Source: Candidatus Competibacteraceae bacterium (lineage in GTDB: Bacteria > Bacteroidota > Bacteroidia > CAIKAF01). From it: a stretch of 64,000 nucleotides of DNA. The stretch spans positions 5,134-69,133 of the forward strand of contig JACSSC010000028.1 in the NCBI GenBank assembly GCA_014879445.1. Reading direction: 5' to 3'. The notes beneath the pieces are model-generated. The model was given only the letters and a program-made list of their open reading frames with translations, was not told the DNA's origin and ran no database searches. How positions within the stretch are numbered: position 1 is the first letter of the stretch; every line of letters starts with the position of its first letter. Positions 29,664-39,839 of the stretch are shown here, one piece after another. A program made the translations under genes and the position numbers.

Positions 29664-30080
29664 ATGCAGAAAAAACGTAATCCCATCATTATTATAGGTG
29701 TCATTGGTACATTGATGGCTGCTGCAGCCATGATTATACCTTGGCGAAAAGCACCCTTGCATCAAACCATGGAAATGGTGTATCTCAATGGTTTGAATGA
29801 GTTATATGGAATTATTTGTTTTGCTTTGATATTTTTATTCTATATGTTACTCAATAATCGTGTAAAGTGGGCTGTTATTCCGGCCTCGCTCTGTTTCCTG
29901 ATTGCGGTTGTGAGATTTGTTCAGATTATGGGTAGCACCAATCGCATCAATGAATCACTGTCTGCCGATCCAAACTTGATTAATATGGCCGGCATTGGAT
30001 GGGGTATTTATTTGCTGATGGCCGGTTCAGTAATTATGATTGCTGCTTCAGCTTTGCTTTTTCGTCGTCAGCAAAATTAG
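29664..30080 (+). CDS. Small membrane protein of unknown function
   Basis: About four hydrophobic segments; TATATTTG -7 box at 29637-29644. Confidence 0.7.
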   Translation: MQKKRNPIIIIGVIGTLMAAAAMIIPWRKAPLHQTMEMVYLNGLNELYGIICFALIFLFYMLLNNRVKWAVIPASLCFLIAVVRFVQIMGSTNRINESLSADPNLINMAGIGWGIYLLMAGSVIMIAASALLFRRQQN

Positions 30081-30164
30081 TCAACGCTTTCTTAACCATG
30101 CTATAGTATGAAATAGTGTTTAAAAATCACTATTCCATATTCTTGAAAAATTTTATCCCCTAAA

Positions 30165-30980
30165 TTGAAATTTGTGAATCTTAAAGAAAAAGTGATTGTA
30201 GTAACCGGTGCCGGAGATGGTATTGGGCGTGAAATGGTCTTCCAGTTATTGGCTAAAGGGGCTAAAGTAGCTGCCGTTGATATACATGACGATAGATTGT
30301 CCGAAACTATGAGGATGGCAGGTACATTATCATCGAACCTTTCTACGCATGTGGTAGATGTTGCTGATAAGTTAGCAGTAGATCAGCTCCCTCAACAGGT
30401 TTTGTATGCACACAATAAGGTAGATGCTATTATCAATAATGCTGGGATAATTCAGCCATTCATAAAAATTCATGACCTAACTTTTCCGCTGATTGAAAAA
30501 GTAATGGATGTAAATTTTTACGGAACATTGTATATGACCAAAGCATTCTTACCACTATTGCTCCAGCGACCCGATGCATACATCGTAAATGTTTCGAGCA
30601 TGGGTGGATATATTCCGGTACCGGGTCAATCAGTATATTGTGCTTCAAAAGCAGCCGTAAAAATGATGACGGAAGGATTGTACGCCGAATTGTTGACCAC
30701 ATCGGTTAAAGTAGCTATCGTTTTTCCGGGCGCTGTTGGTACTAATATTTCAAGTAATTCAGGGGTGATTATCAATCATGATTCATCCAAAGATAAATCA
30801 TCCTCTTTTAAACCTATGCCGGTGGAGCGGGCAGCTTCAATTATTATTTCTTCTATGGAAAAAGGTAAAACCAGAGTTTTTGTTGGGAAAGATGCCGTTT
30901 TTATGACCTTATTATATCGTCTTATGCCGGATTATGCCATCCGATTTATTGCAAAAAAGATGGCCTTTCTACTTAATTAG
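30165..30980 (+). CDS. Short-chain dehydrogenase/reductase
   Basis: TGAGDGIG, INNAG, NVSS, YCASK. Confidence 0.92.
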   Translation: MKFVNLKEKVIVVTGAGDGIGREMVFQLLAKGAKVAAVDIHDDRLSETMRMAGTLSSNLSTHVVDVADKLAVDQLPQQVLYAHNKVDAIINNAGIIQPFIKIHDLTFPLIEKVMDVNFYGTLYMTKAFLPLLLQRPDAYIVNVSSMGGYIPVPGQSVYCASKAAVKMMTEGLYAELLTTSVKVAIVFPGAVGTNISSNSGVIINHDSSKDKSSSFKPMPVERAASIIISSMEKGKTRVFVGKDAVFMTLLYRLMPDYAIRFIAKKMAFLLN

Positions 30981-31092
30981 TTCACTATTATCATCTTGGT
31001 TTTCACTTTTTATTAGTGGTGAAAGATTATTACATTTGTTATGAGACAGTGGGGGTGATATCATCTTGCTTGGAGTTGTATTAATAATAGAT

Positions 31093-31572
31093 ATGGGGAT
31101 AGAAATTGAGAGAAAATACTTGGTTGACAAATTAATTTGGAGAAATATGCACAAGGGCTCGGGAGAGTTGTTGCGTCAGGGATACATTTATGCAGATGCA
31201 AATAAAACTATTCGCATCCGCGCCACTTCCAATAAAGGATTTATAACAATCAAAGGGAAAACGGCAGGTCTATCAAGACCTGAATATGAATATGAAATCC
31301 CTGTGGATGAGGCCAATGAATTATTGTCTCATTTTTGTCATTCCACAATTAGTAAAATCCGTTATGTATTGTATGATAAAGGAAGGGCTTGGGAAGTAGA
31401 TGAGTTTCTTGACGAAAATGAGGGACTGATAGTTGCAGAAGTTGAATTAGATGACGAAAAAGAAATTGTAGAACGGCCTGATTGGATTGATCGTGAAGTT
31501 ACAGGCGAAGAAAAATATTACAATGCAGTGTTGATTCATCAACCCTATAAGAATTGGTTGTTGCATGAATAA
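31093..31572 (+). CDS. CYTH domain protein (triphosphatase/adenylate cyclase-like)
   Basis: EIERKYL, RQGY, RIR, EYEYEI, KIRY, WEVDEF, AEVEL. Confidence 0.92.
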   Translation: MGIEIERKYLVDKLIWRNMHKGSGELLRQGYIYADANKTIRIRATSNKGFITIKGKTAGLSRPEYEYEIPVDEANELLSHFCHSTISKIRYVLYDKGRAWEVDEFLDENEGLIVAEVELDDEKEIVERPDWIDREVTGEEKYYNAVLIHQPYKNWLLHE

Positions 31573-31603
31573 TTATTTTATAATCAACTAAAAAAATATT
31601 GCA

Positions 31604-32668
31604 ATGAGATACATTTCTGAGAAAATTACCTTTTGCTTTTTTTTCATTTTTCTATTTATCATTCTGTTTTCAGGCCGATTATTGGCTCAATATGAAACCA
31701 AAATATGGAATTTCCCCGAGTTGGGTTTTAATCTTAGTTTTTATTCTGCTGCACAGCGTGAAATAGGTGTTGATAAAGGCAATGAATATATAATGTTGAA
31801 GTATGAACATGCCTATACGGATGAAAGTAATACAAAATATTACAAACTATTAGCACATGCAATCATATACAATAAAGCCGGATGTCAGCATCCCGATTCT
31901 TTGGTTGAAATGGGCAAGAAGCGTATTCTAAAATCAGGCAATGATCAGTTTAAGATTACAGAAAGTAGAGAAATAGGCGACAGATTTACGGGTTGGTTTA
32001 TTTACCATGCAAAGGCCAGATTGGAATCAAAAGAAATCAGCATGGGTTTTTTTCGTTCTGTTAAAGTTATTTCAGGAAAGGAAGCTACTGTCTTTTTAGA
32101 TGTTATTTGCAGGCAGGATGAATTACCTTCAGCTAATTTACAAAAGGTAGTTGATAATGATACGCATTTTGAATCACTGGGAATGATCCAAAGAATTTCA
32201 GAATGGGGTATTCAGTTTAGATTACATGGTCAATTTGATTGGGGTTTTGCTGATGGGAGTAAGTCCATTATTGTGGGACAGTGTGGCAGGTTGGCCGAAA
32301 CTTACCCCAAGATGGTTGTAGAAACTGATTACTCGATGAGCGCCGAAGCATGGTGGGATTTATATGTGCTTGCAGCAAAAGAAGATGAGATAAAAGGCAC
32401 ACTCTCAAAAGTATCAACTAATAAATTAAGTGCTGAAACTGGACAGTTTGCAAACATGACAGGAGCGATATATAAACTTTCTTACCTCTCTGGCAATGAA
32501 AGCGAATCATTACATTATTTCTTTACTATCGGAGACAGGGCATATCATGCATGGCTGTTTTTTCCTTTTGTAAATACTGATAAAGTAAGCAATTATCGAA
32601 ATAATGGTATGCAGATTTTTGATTATTATCTGCAGGATTTCTTCCATTCCTTTCAAGAAATAAAATAA
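31604..32668 (+). CDS. Secreted hypothetical protein
   Basis: Signal peptide (..LLA/QY); no family recognised. Confidence 0.7.
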   Translation: MRYISEKITFCFFFIFLFIILFSGRLLAQYETKIWNFPELGFNLSFYSAAQREIGVDKGNEYIMLKYEHAYTDESNTKYYKLLAHAIIYNKAGCQHPDSLVEMGKKRILKSGNDQFKITESREIGDRFTGWFIYHAKARLESKEISMGFFRSVKVISGKEATVFLDVICRQDELPSANLQKVVDNDTHFESLGMIQRISEWGIQFRLHGQFDWGFADGSKSIIVGQCGRLAETYPKMVVETDYSMSAEAWWDLYVLAAKEDEIKGTLSKVSTNKLSAETGQFANMTGAIYKLSYLSGNESESLHYFFTIGDRAYHAWLFFPFVNTDKVSNYRNNGMQIFDYYLQDFFHSFQEIK

Positions 32669-32694
32669 TTGAATATATGTAATGAAATATTATT

Positions 32695-33168
32695 ATGCAT
32701 AATGAGCATTATTATACAGTAGAAATTCAATGGACAGGTAATTCGGGTGATGGCACACATTCATATGAATCTTATCAGCGGAGCCACACAATATCAAAGT
32801 CGGGCGCAGAAGATATTCATGCAACGGCTGATCCAGCTTTTCGTGGCGATAAACAGAAATTTAATCCTGAAGAACTTTTTATTGCATCACTTTCGGGTTG
32901 TCATATGCTTTGGTATTTGCATCTCTGCTCCGACCATGGTATCGTTGTAAACAGTTACGCTGATGCTCCTGTAGGGATTATGATTGTGAAAGAGGATGGA
33001 AGCGGAAAAATTGAAAAAGTTACGCTTCGACCTAAGGTCTGTATTCAATTATCTGAACAAAAAAATCTAGCAGTTTTACTGCATCAGGTATCTCATCAGA
33101 AATGTTTTATTGCCAATTCCATCAATTGTCCCATTGATATTGAACCATCCATTTATACTGAAGAATAA
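32695..33168 (+). CDS. OsmC/Ohr family protein
   Basis: ADPAFRGD...NPEELF.ASLSGCHMLWYL, H..CFIANS. Confidence 0.9.
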   Translation: MHNEHYYTVEIQWTGNSGDGTHSYESYQRSHTISKSGAEDIHATADPAFRGDKQKFNPEELFIASLSGCHMLWYLHLCSDHGIVVNSYADAPVGIMIVKEDGSGKIEKVTLRPKVCIQLSEQKNLAVLLHQVSHQKCFIANSINCPIDIEPSIYTEE

Positions 33169-33176
33169 CGGGATAA

Positions 33177-36100
33177 TTAACCATTGAAGGATGGTATGGT
33201 AATGATGAATGTAGTGCCGACACCGGGCTCGGTTTCGTATGTGATTTCTCCGTTCATATTTTCAATGATAGTACGTGTCATAGCCAATCCCAGGCCCATG
33301 CCTGAGCTTTTGGTTGTAAAATTAGGTGCGAAAATTTTATCTTTTAATTCTTCTGCAATACCGGTCCCATTATCGCTTATCCGTACACAATAATGATGAT
33401 TTTCTTTTGAAAGAGAAACTTCAATCACCCCCATTCGTTCTTCGGGTATAGCTTGTATGGCATTTCGAAGAAGGTTATTGAACGCACGAAGCATCTGATC
33501 TCTGTCAGCCATAATCATCGCTTTTCCTGTATATTTTGAAGAGAAATAGATTTCAACATGTTTTTCGTTGTTGCGATAAAACTCTAAGCAATTTTCAATT
33601 AAGTCAGCCAAATTAATTTCCACTTTTAGCGCAGCGGGCATTTTGGCAAAGTAAGAAAACTCAGAAGCAATACCTGAAAGTGTTTCTATTTGTTCAATCA
33701 TAGCATCCTTGAATTTACGGATTCTCTCATCAAAATCTGGTCTTTTATCATCCCATGCCTTCAGTAGGTACTGCACACTAAGTTTCATGGGAGTGAGCGG
33801 ATTTTTTACTTCATGAGCAACCTGTTTTGCCATTTCTCTCCAAGCGGTTTCTCGTTCTGAACGAGCTAAGAGTTCGGCGCTTTTTTCTAATTCTTTAATC
33901 ATACGGTTGTATTCACTTACCAAGCTTCCAATCTCGTCCTGTGATCGGTAATCAATCATTTCATTTTTTCTTCCTAAACGAATTTGACCAATTTTTTCCT
34001 GCAATACGGTTAGTGGTTCCGTAAGGCGGTTTGCAATTAAAAATGTGATAATCATGGAGACGGCAATCAATAAACTATATATGTTGATTAGGGCCAATAA
34101 TGATGCTGCCAATTCTGTTCGTAGTTCTTTCTGGCGAAGAAAATATGGTAGATTCAAAAAACCTACAATTTCATTATTGGCATTACGAAATGTGGCGTAA
34201 GCGCTATAATATCTGAAATTCCCGATTTTTTCCTGATGAGTAAATTTAGGTTGCATTTGTATTGAAAGTGCATGAAAGGCGGTTGGATCCATCTGTCTTG
34301 AAAGTAATCCTTCATTATACACTGATTCACGTGAGCTGGCAATGAGTGTGCCCGACGGGCTATATAGATTAATATCAGTGAAAAATACATTGGAAAAACT
34401 CCTAAGCAGATAACCTATAAACGCATCATCTTGTATTTCGTCATCTTGCTCTTCAAGACGTACTCTCAACTCAGTAATAATTGAATTAAGTTTTTCGTTG
34501 ATATTGAGTTTGTTTTTTCGATTAAACTGTGATATAACATAATTGTTGATACCTAGTCCAACCACAATCAATGATACCAATAATATCATCAGAATTGAAA
34601 ATTGTATCCTTGCTTTAAAGTTAAATTGAAGATTTTGTTTTTCGTTAAAAAAGATATATCTGAACACAAAAAATAAAAACAAGATGACGCCAAAGTAGAT
34701 AAGTAAGTAAGCAAACGGGCTCAGAAAGTCCTGCCATTTCAATGCATTTCGACTTACAACAACAATTTTGCCACCAGGTGTTTTATAAATGAGATGATTG
34801 TATTCTCGGATATTTTTTTCGGACAACTCTTCATTGATTGGAATAAATTCATCTACTTTAAGCGGAAATAAGTATTCGCCCCCAGACACATTCAGCATAC
34901 CCTCTTTGTATATGGCATACGAGTATCCTCCCACATCTACAGGCCTTGTTACTGATTCGTCGAGTAATAACTCAGGGAATCCAGTTACTTGCGTAACAAT
35001 TTTTGAAATAAACTCAATAAAAATCACTTTGCGCTCGAAACCAATAGGAAGTTGTCGCGTTATTTCAATTTTAGCCAAATAATTGATTTTTCCGTAATTA
35101 TTGTCAATAAAAAACAGGTTAGAACTGGCAGTTGGTTTCCCATATTTTTTAATTGACCTTTCATAACTCAGCAATAAAGGATCGGCTTTTAATGTATCGG
35201 CAAGTAGTCGATAATCAGTTGTGCTGAACGGAGTGATATGTAAAATATATTTCGACCAATATCCACTGAAATAATTTTGAGCGATGCGTTCAAAAAATTC
35301 ACGCGGATAAAACACATCATTTTCAAAGAGCATGCGCTTAAGCAAAAGGTCACGTTTCATTTTTTCTTGTGCTTCAATAAACAAAAATTCAGCTACGTGA
35401 TCTTGTTCCTCTGAGATTTTGAAAGAAAGCATTTTTCGTTTTTCAAACTCCTTTTCTGTATTAAATTGAAATAAGAGGTAGGTGGTGTATATGGTAAATA
35501 ATAAAATAACGGGAGAGAGTGCATAGTAATTAAGCGATTTGATTTTTTGAGAATGAACAGCTAGCGTTGAAACAAATATTAAATATGGAAATAATAGCAT
35601 GATGGGGTCGGTGTGGCTAATAAAAAATTGAACAGATCCAACCACAGCAAATGAGATAAATGCATGAAATGCTAATTGCTCAAAACGCTTTTTTCGTAGC
35701 AATACCAATGTACGAGAAAAGAAATATATTACTGAAAGGTAAATGATAAGCAAAAGTGTAATTACACCAAAACCAAGAAAGCTGTATATATCTAAAGCCA
35801 ATAAGTTTGACAAATCAAAAGCAATACTAGAGTCGAAAATCAGTTTTCGAATTTGCTCAAGAACAATCCAGGATGTGATGGCTGAAATAATGCCGAATCC
35901 ATAAACTATCATATACATCTGGTAAGATGAAATCTGGCGAATTTTTATAGTTCGCAGATGGCTGAACAGTAATATTAGTGAAAAGAGAACTAATAGTGCA
36001 TTCAAAATAAAATCGCCTAACGATGGAAGCCACCACGATGAAGCAAAATGCACCGGGCTGAAAAGCGGAAGATTATACAAGACCGATGGCCATTTGTATA

Positions 36101-36905
36101 TCAAATTTGCATAACGGACTATGCTTAAAAAAAATGCAAAAATAATGAGATGCAACCAGGGGTGTTTTCTGAAAAATTGAAGTGTGCGCAATACATAAAT
36201 GGAAAGTAGAAAAAAGAAAAATGAGAAGAAATATAAGGCACCTGATAGCAGCGGATATCGCAATGGCTCAATACTTGTATTGCCAAATGTGAGTCCGAAT
36301 AGAAAGCGCCCGTCGCCGGCACTAATTTTATGTTGACTTTCTTTTTGCTCAAAGGTCAGCTGACAGGTTTCTTTGATGCCAAAATCTTCTTGAAATTTAT
36401 CAACTAAAAACTCATTGTTGATAATGAAATCATTTTTTATAAGTATTAAACCAAGCAGCAAGACATTATCTTCTTTGAATTTAATCAAACGATACCAGCC
36501 ATTTTTGAGTTTGACAACATCAAATAAAAAATCTTCATCAAAAGAGGATGTAGGAACGGGGATGTGATTGGTGGACCAAAATATCAGGGAGTCGCTCTGG
36601 TATGCAAACAAACTTATGCCTCTTTCGCCAGCCACTGACGATAGTTTTTGTTTATAAAAATCAAATAAATTTCCAGAAGGATTGACTTTAATTTCGTTGT
36701 TAATTTGTTGTAGTAGTTTATAGGTTGTTGTTTCCTTATCCTGCAACACTTTTTGAATAATGTTGACTTTGCGTTGAAAATAGTGTGAATTTTTGTGCTT
36801 GCCCGAAAGCCACATAGCCAGTGCAAAAAGCACAAAAAATAACAATGAAGAAATGAGCAGTCGTCGCACGGATATGTTTTTAATACAATTCTCAAATGTA
36901 ATCAA
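33177..36905 (-). CDS. Large membrane-bound sensor histidine kinase (HAMP-HisKA-HATPase)
   Basis: DEIGSLV.EYNRM, AHEVKNPLTP, NLLRNAIQA, DNGTGI, FTTKSSGMGLGL. The true start is probably GTG 36869, because a TACATTTG -7 box (36893-36900, minus strand) overlaps the ORF-track start. Confidence 0.93.
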   Translation of the reverse strand: MITFENCIKNISVRRLLISSLLFFVLFALAMWLSGKHKNSHYFQRKVNIIQKVLQDKETTTYKLLQQINNEIKVNPSGNLFDFYKQKLSSVAGERGISLFAYQSDSLIFWSTNHIPVPTSSFDEDFLFDVVKLKNGWYRLIKFKEDNVLLLGLILIKNDFIINNEFLVDKFQEDFGIKETCQLTFEQKESQHKISAGDGRFLFGLTFGNTSIEPLRYPLLSGALYFFSFFFFLLSIYVLRTLQFFRKHPWLHLIIFAFFLSIVRYANLIYKWPSVLYNLPLFSPVHFASSWWLPSLGDFILNALLVLFSLILLFSHLRTIKIRQISSYQMYMIVYGFGIISAITSWIVLEQIRKLIFDSSIAFDLSNLLALDIYSFLGFGVITLLLIIYLSVIYFFSRTLVLLRKKRFEQLAFHAFISFAVVGSVQFFISHTDPIMLLFPYLIFVSTLAVHSQKIKSLNYYALSPVILLFTIYTTYLLFQFNTEKEFEKRKMLSFKISEEQDHVAEFLFIEAQEKMKRDLLLKRMLFENDVFYPREFFERIAQNYFSGYWSKYILHITPFSTTDYRLLADTLKADPLLLSYERSIKKYGKPTASSNLFFIDNNYGKINYLAKIEITRQLPIGFERKVIFIEFISKIVTQVTGFPELLLDESVTRPVDVGGYSYAIYKEGMLNVSGGEYLFPLKVDEFIPINEELSEKNIREYNHLIYKTPGGKIVVVSRNALKWQDFLSPFAYLLIYFGVILFLFFVFRYIFFNEKQNLQFNFKARIQFSILMILLVSLIVVGLGINNYVISQFNRKNKLNINEKLNSIITELRVRLEEQDDEIQDDAFIGYLLRSFSNVFFTDINLYSPSGTLIASSRESVYNEGLLSRQMDPTAFHALSIQMQPKFTHQEKIGNFRYYSAYATFRNANNEIVGFLNLPYFLRQKELRTELAASLLALINIYSLLIAVSMIITFLIANRLTEPLTVLQEKIGQIRLGRKNEMIDYRSQDEIGSLVSEYNRMIKELEKSAELLARSERETAWREMAKQVAHEVKNPLTPMKLSVQYLLKAWDDKRPDFDERIRKFKDAMIEQIETLSGIASEFSYFAKMPAALKVEINLADLIENCLEFYRNNEKHVEIYFSSKYTGKAMIMADRDQMLRAFNNLLRNAIQAIPEERMGVIEVSLSKENHHYCVRISDNGTGIAEELKDKIFAPNFTTKSSGMGLGLAMTRTIIENMNGEITYETEPGVGTTFIITIPSFNG

Positions 36906-37038
36906 TTCGATAATAAACTTAAAATGTGAGATCTTTTTCGAATATTGAGCAACAAATGTGTTTTAATTATCTAACTTTGAATTTGTATGACAATCGATCT
37001 AAGTTTTGAAGTTCATACTGAATTTTTAATCCTGTGTT

Positions 37039-37806
37039 ATGAATCACAAATCAGCCATTTACCCATGTGTTTTTTTTATAGGGAAGTTCCCCCTTTTGTT
37101 GATTACATGTATTACTATACAAGTACATGCTCAGGTTTTGCTTAAAAATCCTGATGCCAAAGATTCTTGCAAGTTTCAGATTGGCATTCATTTTTCACCC
37201 GATATTTGTTACAGAACACTACATCTTGCAGATAACAGCTCGATAGAAAATCCCATTATTCCTTTAATTAATGAATTAGAAGTTCCTAAATATGGCTATA
37301 CGTTAGGTGCGAATTTATGGATTCATATCAGAAATATTGTGGGTATTGAAACCGGAATTCATTTTTCAAATAGGGGCTATCAATCAAAGGTTATGGAATT
37401 GCATTCTATTGAGGATGATCCTAATATGCCTGAAAGGGCACATTATAGCACTGAATTTTATGCAATAGATATTCCGATAAAAGCAAATTTCACAATCGGT
37501 CATAAGAAGATTCGATTTTTTGCCAGTGCAGGATTCACAACCACTTTTTTTATAGAAATGGTTGCTATTCATACATATTATTATTCAGACCAAACGGTTA
37601 TTAAAACAATCCCAATATACGATGACTACAATCCCGTCAACCTTTCGCCGACGATAAGTGCAGGTATTTATTATAAAATTAACAACAAAATGAGTTTGCG
37701 AATTGATCCCATATTCAGATATTGTGTATTAAGAATTGCCAATACCCCCATTGTGGATCATTTGTATAGCGGTGGACTAAACATAAGTTATTACTTTGGA
37801 TTGTGA
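37039..37806 (+). CDS. PorT-like outer-membrane beta-barrel protein
   Basis: ETGIHFSNRGY, IDIPIKANF, C-terminal LNISYYF; TAACTTTG -7 box at 36972-36979. Confidence 0.75.
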   Translation: MNHKSAIYPCVFFIGKFPLLLITCITIQVHAQVLLKNPDAKDSCKFQIGIHFSPDICYRTLHLADNSSIENPIIPLINELEVPKYGYTLGANLWIHIRNIVGIETGIHFSNRGYQSKVMELHSIEDDPNMPERAHYSTEFYAIDIPIKANFTIGHKKIRFFASAGFTTTFFIEMVAIHTYYYSDQTVIKTIPIYDDYNPVNLSPTISAGIYYKINNKMSLRIDPIFRYCVLRIANTPIVDHLYSGGLNISYYFGL

Positions 37807-37846
37807 TAATTACGGAAAAGGAATGCGGGTTTTTTTGTTACAAGAT

Positions 37847-38497
37847 TTATTTTATTTCAATCGTCTCGCCTAAAAATTTTGGATTTTTACCAGTTATTAA
37901 GTCAATAATCATTTTTACCCTTGCCAATTTTTCTCTTAATTGTGTTTTTAGCCCATAATGAGCACTTACATCTGAAGCGTTATATCCTACTGCATTTATG
38001 TTTTTCTGGCAGGCAATATAAATGGCTCTTTCATTATGAAATTGTTGTGAAATAACGGTTATGCTTTTTTGGCCAAAAATCATTTTGCAGCGAACAACTG
38101 AATCCAAAGTTCTAAATCCAGCATAGTCAAGAAAAATTTTCTCTGATGGCACACCTTTATTCATTAAGTCCTCTTTCATTGCGGATGCTTCATCATAATA
38201 TGGAGATGAGTTATCACCACTAACAAGAATAAAATCAATTTTACCTGCATTAAATAATTCAACAGCAGCTTCTATTCTATACAAATAATACAAATTTAAA
38301 TTTCCGTTAGTAAGAAATTTTCCGGTGCCAAGCAGTAGTCCCACTTTGTTATGTGGTATTTCTGAAACGGAGTTATATAGTTTATTTGATGCAGTTGAGC
38401 GAACCAACATATCTGAGCCAATAATGCTTATCAAAGCAGTCAGAATAATAAGGCCTGAAATGACAATGATTTTTTTAATCAGTTTCACTTGTTTCAT
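37847..38497 (-). CDS. sanA: SanA/YdcF (DUF218) family protein
   Basis: GLLLGT.K, YRIEAA..L, SGDN...YDE...M, LDYAGFRTLDS, SQQFHNERA, RE.LARVK. Confidence 0.92.
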   Translation of the reverse strand: MKQVKLIKKIIVISGLIILTALISIIGSDMLVRSTASNKLYNSVSEIPHNKVGLLLGTGKFLTNGNLNLYYLYRIEAAVELFNAGKIDFILVSGDNSSPYYDEASAMKEDLMNKGVPSEKIFLDYAGFRTLDSVVRCKMIFGQKSITVISQQFHNERAIYIACQKNINAVGYNASDVSAHYGLKTQLREKLARVKMIIDLITGKNPKFLGETIEIK

Positions 38498-38707
38498 AAT
38501 CTATGATTTGGTTCATTATATAAATGCGATAGAGGAGTATCAAACCTACGATTTTCTTTTGCAATGTTATAAACTCCTTTAATAGGTTTTCCGAAATTGT
38601 GATGGATATTTATGATTTTATCATGATATGAGTTTTATTTTATTTAGATTTGAAAATTGATTAATAAATTAAGTAAGGATATTAATGTTAAATTCATCAT
38701 AGGCAGT

Positions 38708-39079
38708 ATGGGGAAAATGAAGATATACATTTTTGCGTTATTATTTTCATTACTTAATGCATGCGGTTATAGTGGTTTGAAGATTAGGAATCATGAAGTG
38801 ATAAGAATTATACAAAGAGACAGTCAAGTAATCAAAGGATCGGAAGGGGATATAGAAATTTATGTAGGAGATATTTCATTAGGAATGGCGACTGTTCAAA
38901 TTAGGTCAACAAATGATAATAAACTATATCTTAAAGAGGAAATGCGCAAAGGTGATGAAGCCATCTTTCAGTATTCAGAAACACATATATATAAAATCAA
39001 AATTAAAAGATATGAAGAACATTTTTTTCATGACGATATTGCTTTTGTTATAATAAGTGAAGTATCTCCCCCAAAATGA
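38708..39079 (+). CDS. Small hypothetical lipoprotein
   Basis: LLNAC lipobox; TAGATTTG -7 box at 38645-38652 favours ATG 38708 or 38717 over TTG 38657. Confidence 0.65.
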   Translation: MGKMKIYIFALLFSLLNACGYSGLKIRNHEVIRIIQRDSQVIKGSEGDIEIYVGDISLGMATVQIRSTNDNKLYLKEEMRKGDEAIFQYSETHIYKIKIKRYEEHFFHDDIAFVIISEVSPPK

Positions 39080-39390
39080 TTGTTTTTTCAGCACATTGCA
39101 ATGATTGTAGATACCCAGTATAATATAGGGTTTTAATCGTTTTTTTTATTCAAAGTTTTTTTTTGCTGTTTCTGAATTGGCATACTCTACTACCTTTTAT
39201 TAATTGTACTTTCAACTATGAATTGTGCAAAGATGTGACAATTATTAGGGGTTAGTACTCTATTAAAAGGTTACATAATTATAAGTAATTCTAAATCATT
39301 CAACAATCTGAGTTAATTTCTATTTTATTTCAATGTTTTTTGGGGTTTTAGGTAAGTAGATAAGGCAGGGTTATTGCAAGGGATATGTAT

Positions 39391-39501
39391 TGCGCCAGGG
39401 ATAGGAAGGGCGCTGCCACAGGCAGCGGTGCATGTCGCCGGAGCGAAGCGCAGCCCTGCATAGCCCGGCGCCCCACAGTTTCAAACGTGGGGCGGGTGCC
39501 C
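39391..39501 (+). ncRNA. GC-rich structured intergenic element, Flavo-1-like RNA/REP-like candidate
   Basis: Hairpins CGCTGCC-ACA-GGCAGCG (39411-39427) and CGCCCCAC-N10-GTGGGGCG (39469-39494); enclosing GGGATAG...ATAGCCC and AGGG/CCCT pairings; very GC-rich in AT-rich flanks. Strand assignment is tentative. Confidence 0.55.
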
Positions 39502-39614
39502 ATATTATTTGATATTTATATAGGATGATGTTAGGTATTAAACAAATTGAGATTTATGATGTTTATTTGAAGAAGTTTTAGTTCTATATATTTAACATCA
39601 AAAATTTGAAGATT

Positions 39615-39821
39615 ATGAAAGCAAACATGGGATCGGTTGATAGAATGTTACGAATAGTGTTGGCAGCGGTGGTGGCTGTATTATATTTTACGCAGGTAAT
39701 AAGCGGTATGCTAGGTATCGTTTTGATGATTGTGGCGGGTATATTTTTGCTAACAAGTTTTATCGGATTTTGTCCGCTTTATTTGCCCTTTGGCATTAAT
39801 ACCTGTAAGAAAAAAAGATAG
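39615..39821 (+). CDS. DUF2892 (YgaP-like) small membrane protein
   Basis: MKANMGSVDR.LR, GFCPLY.PFGINTC. Confidence 0.9.
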   Translation: MKANMGSVDRMLRIVLAAVVAVLYFTQVISGMLGIVLMIVAGIFLLTSFIGFCPLYLPFGINTCKKKR

Positions 39822-39839
39822 AATTATAAAGCCAAAAGC

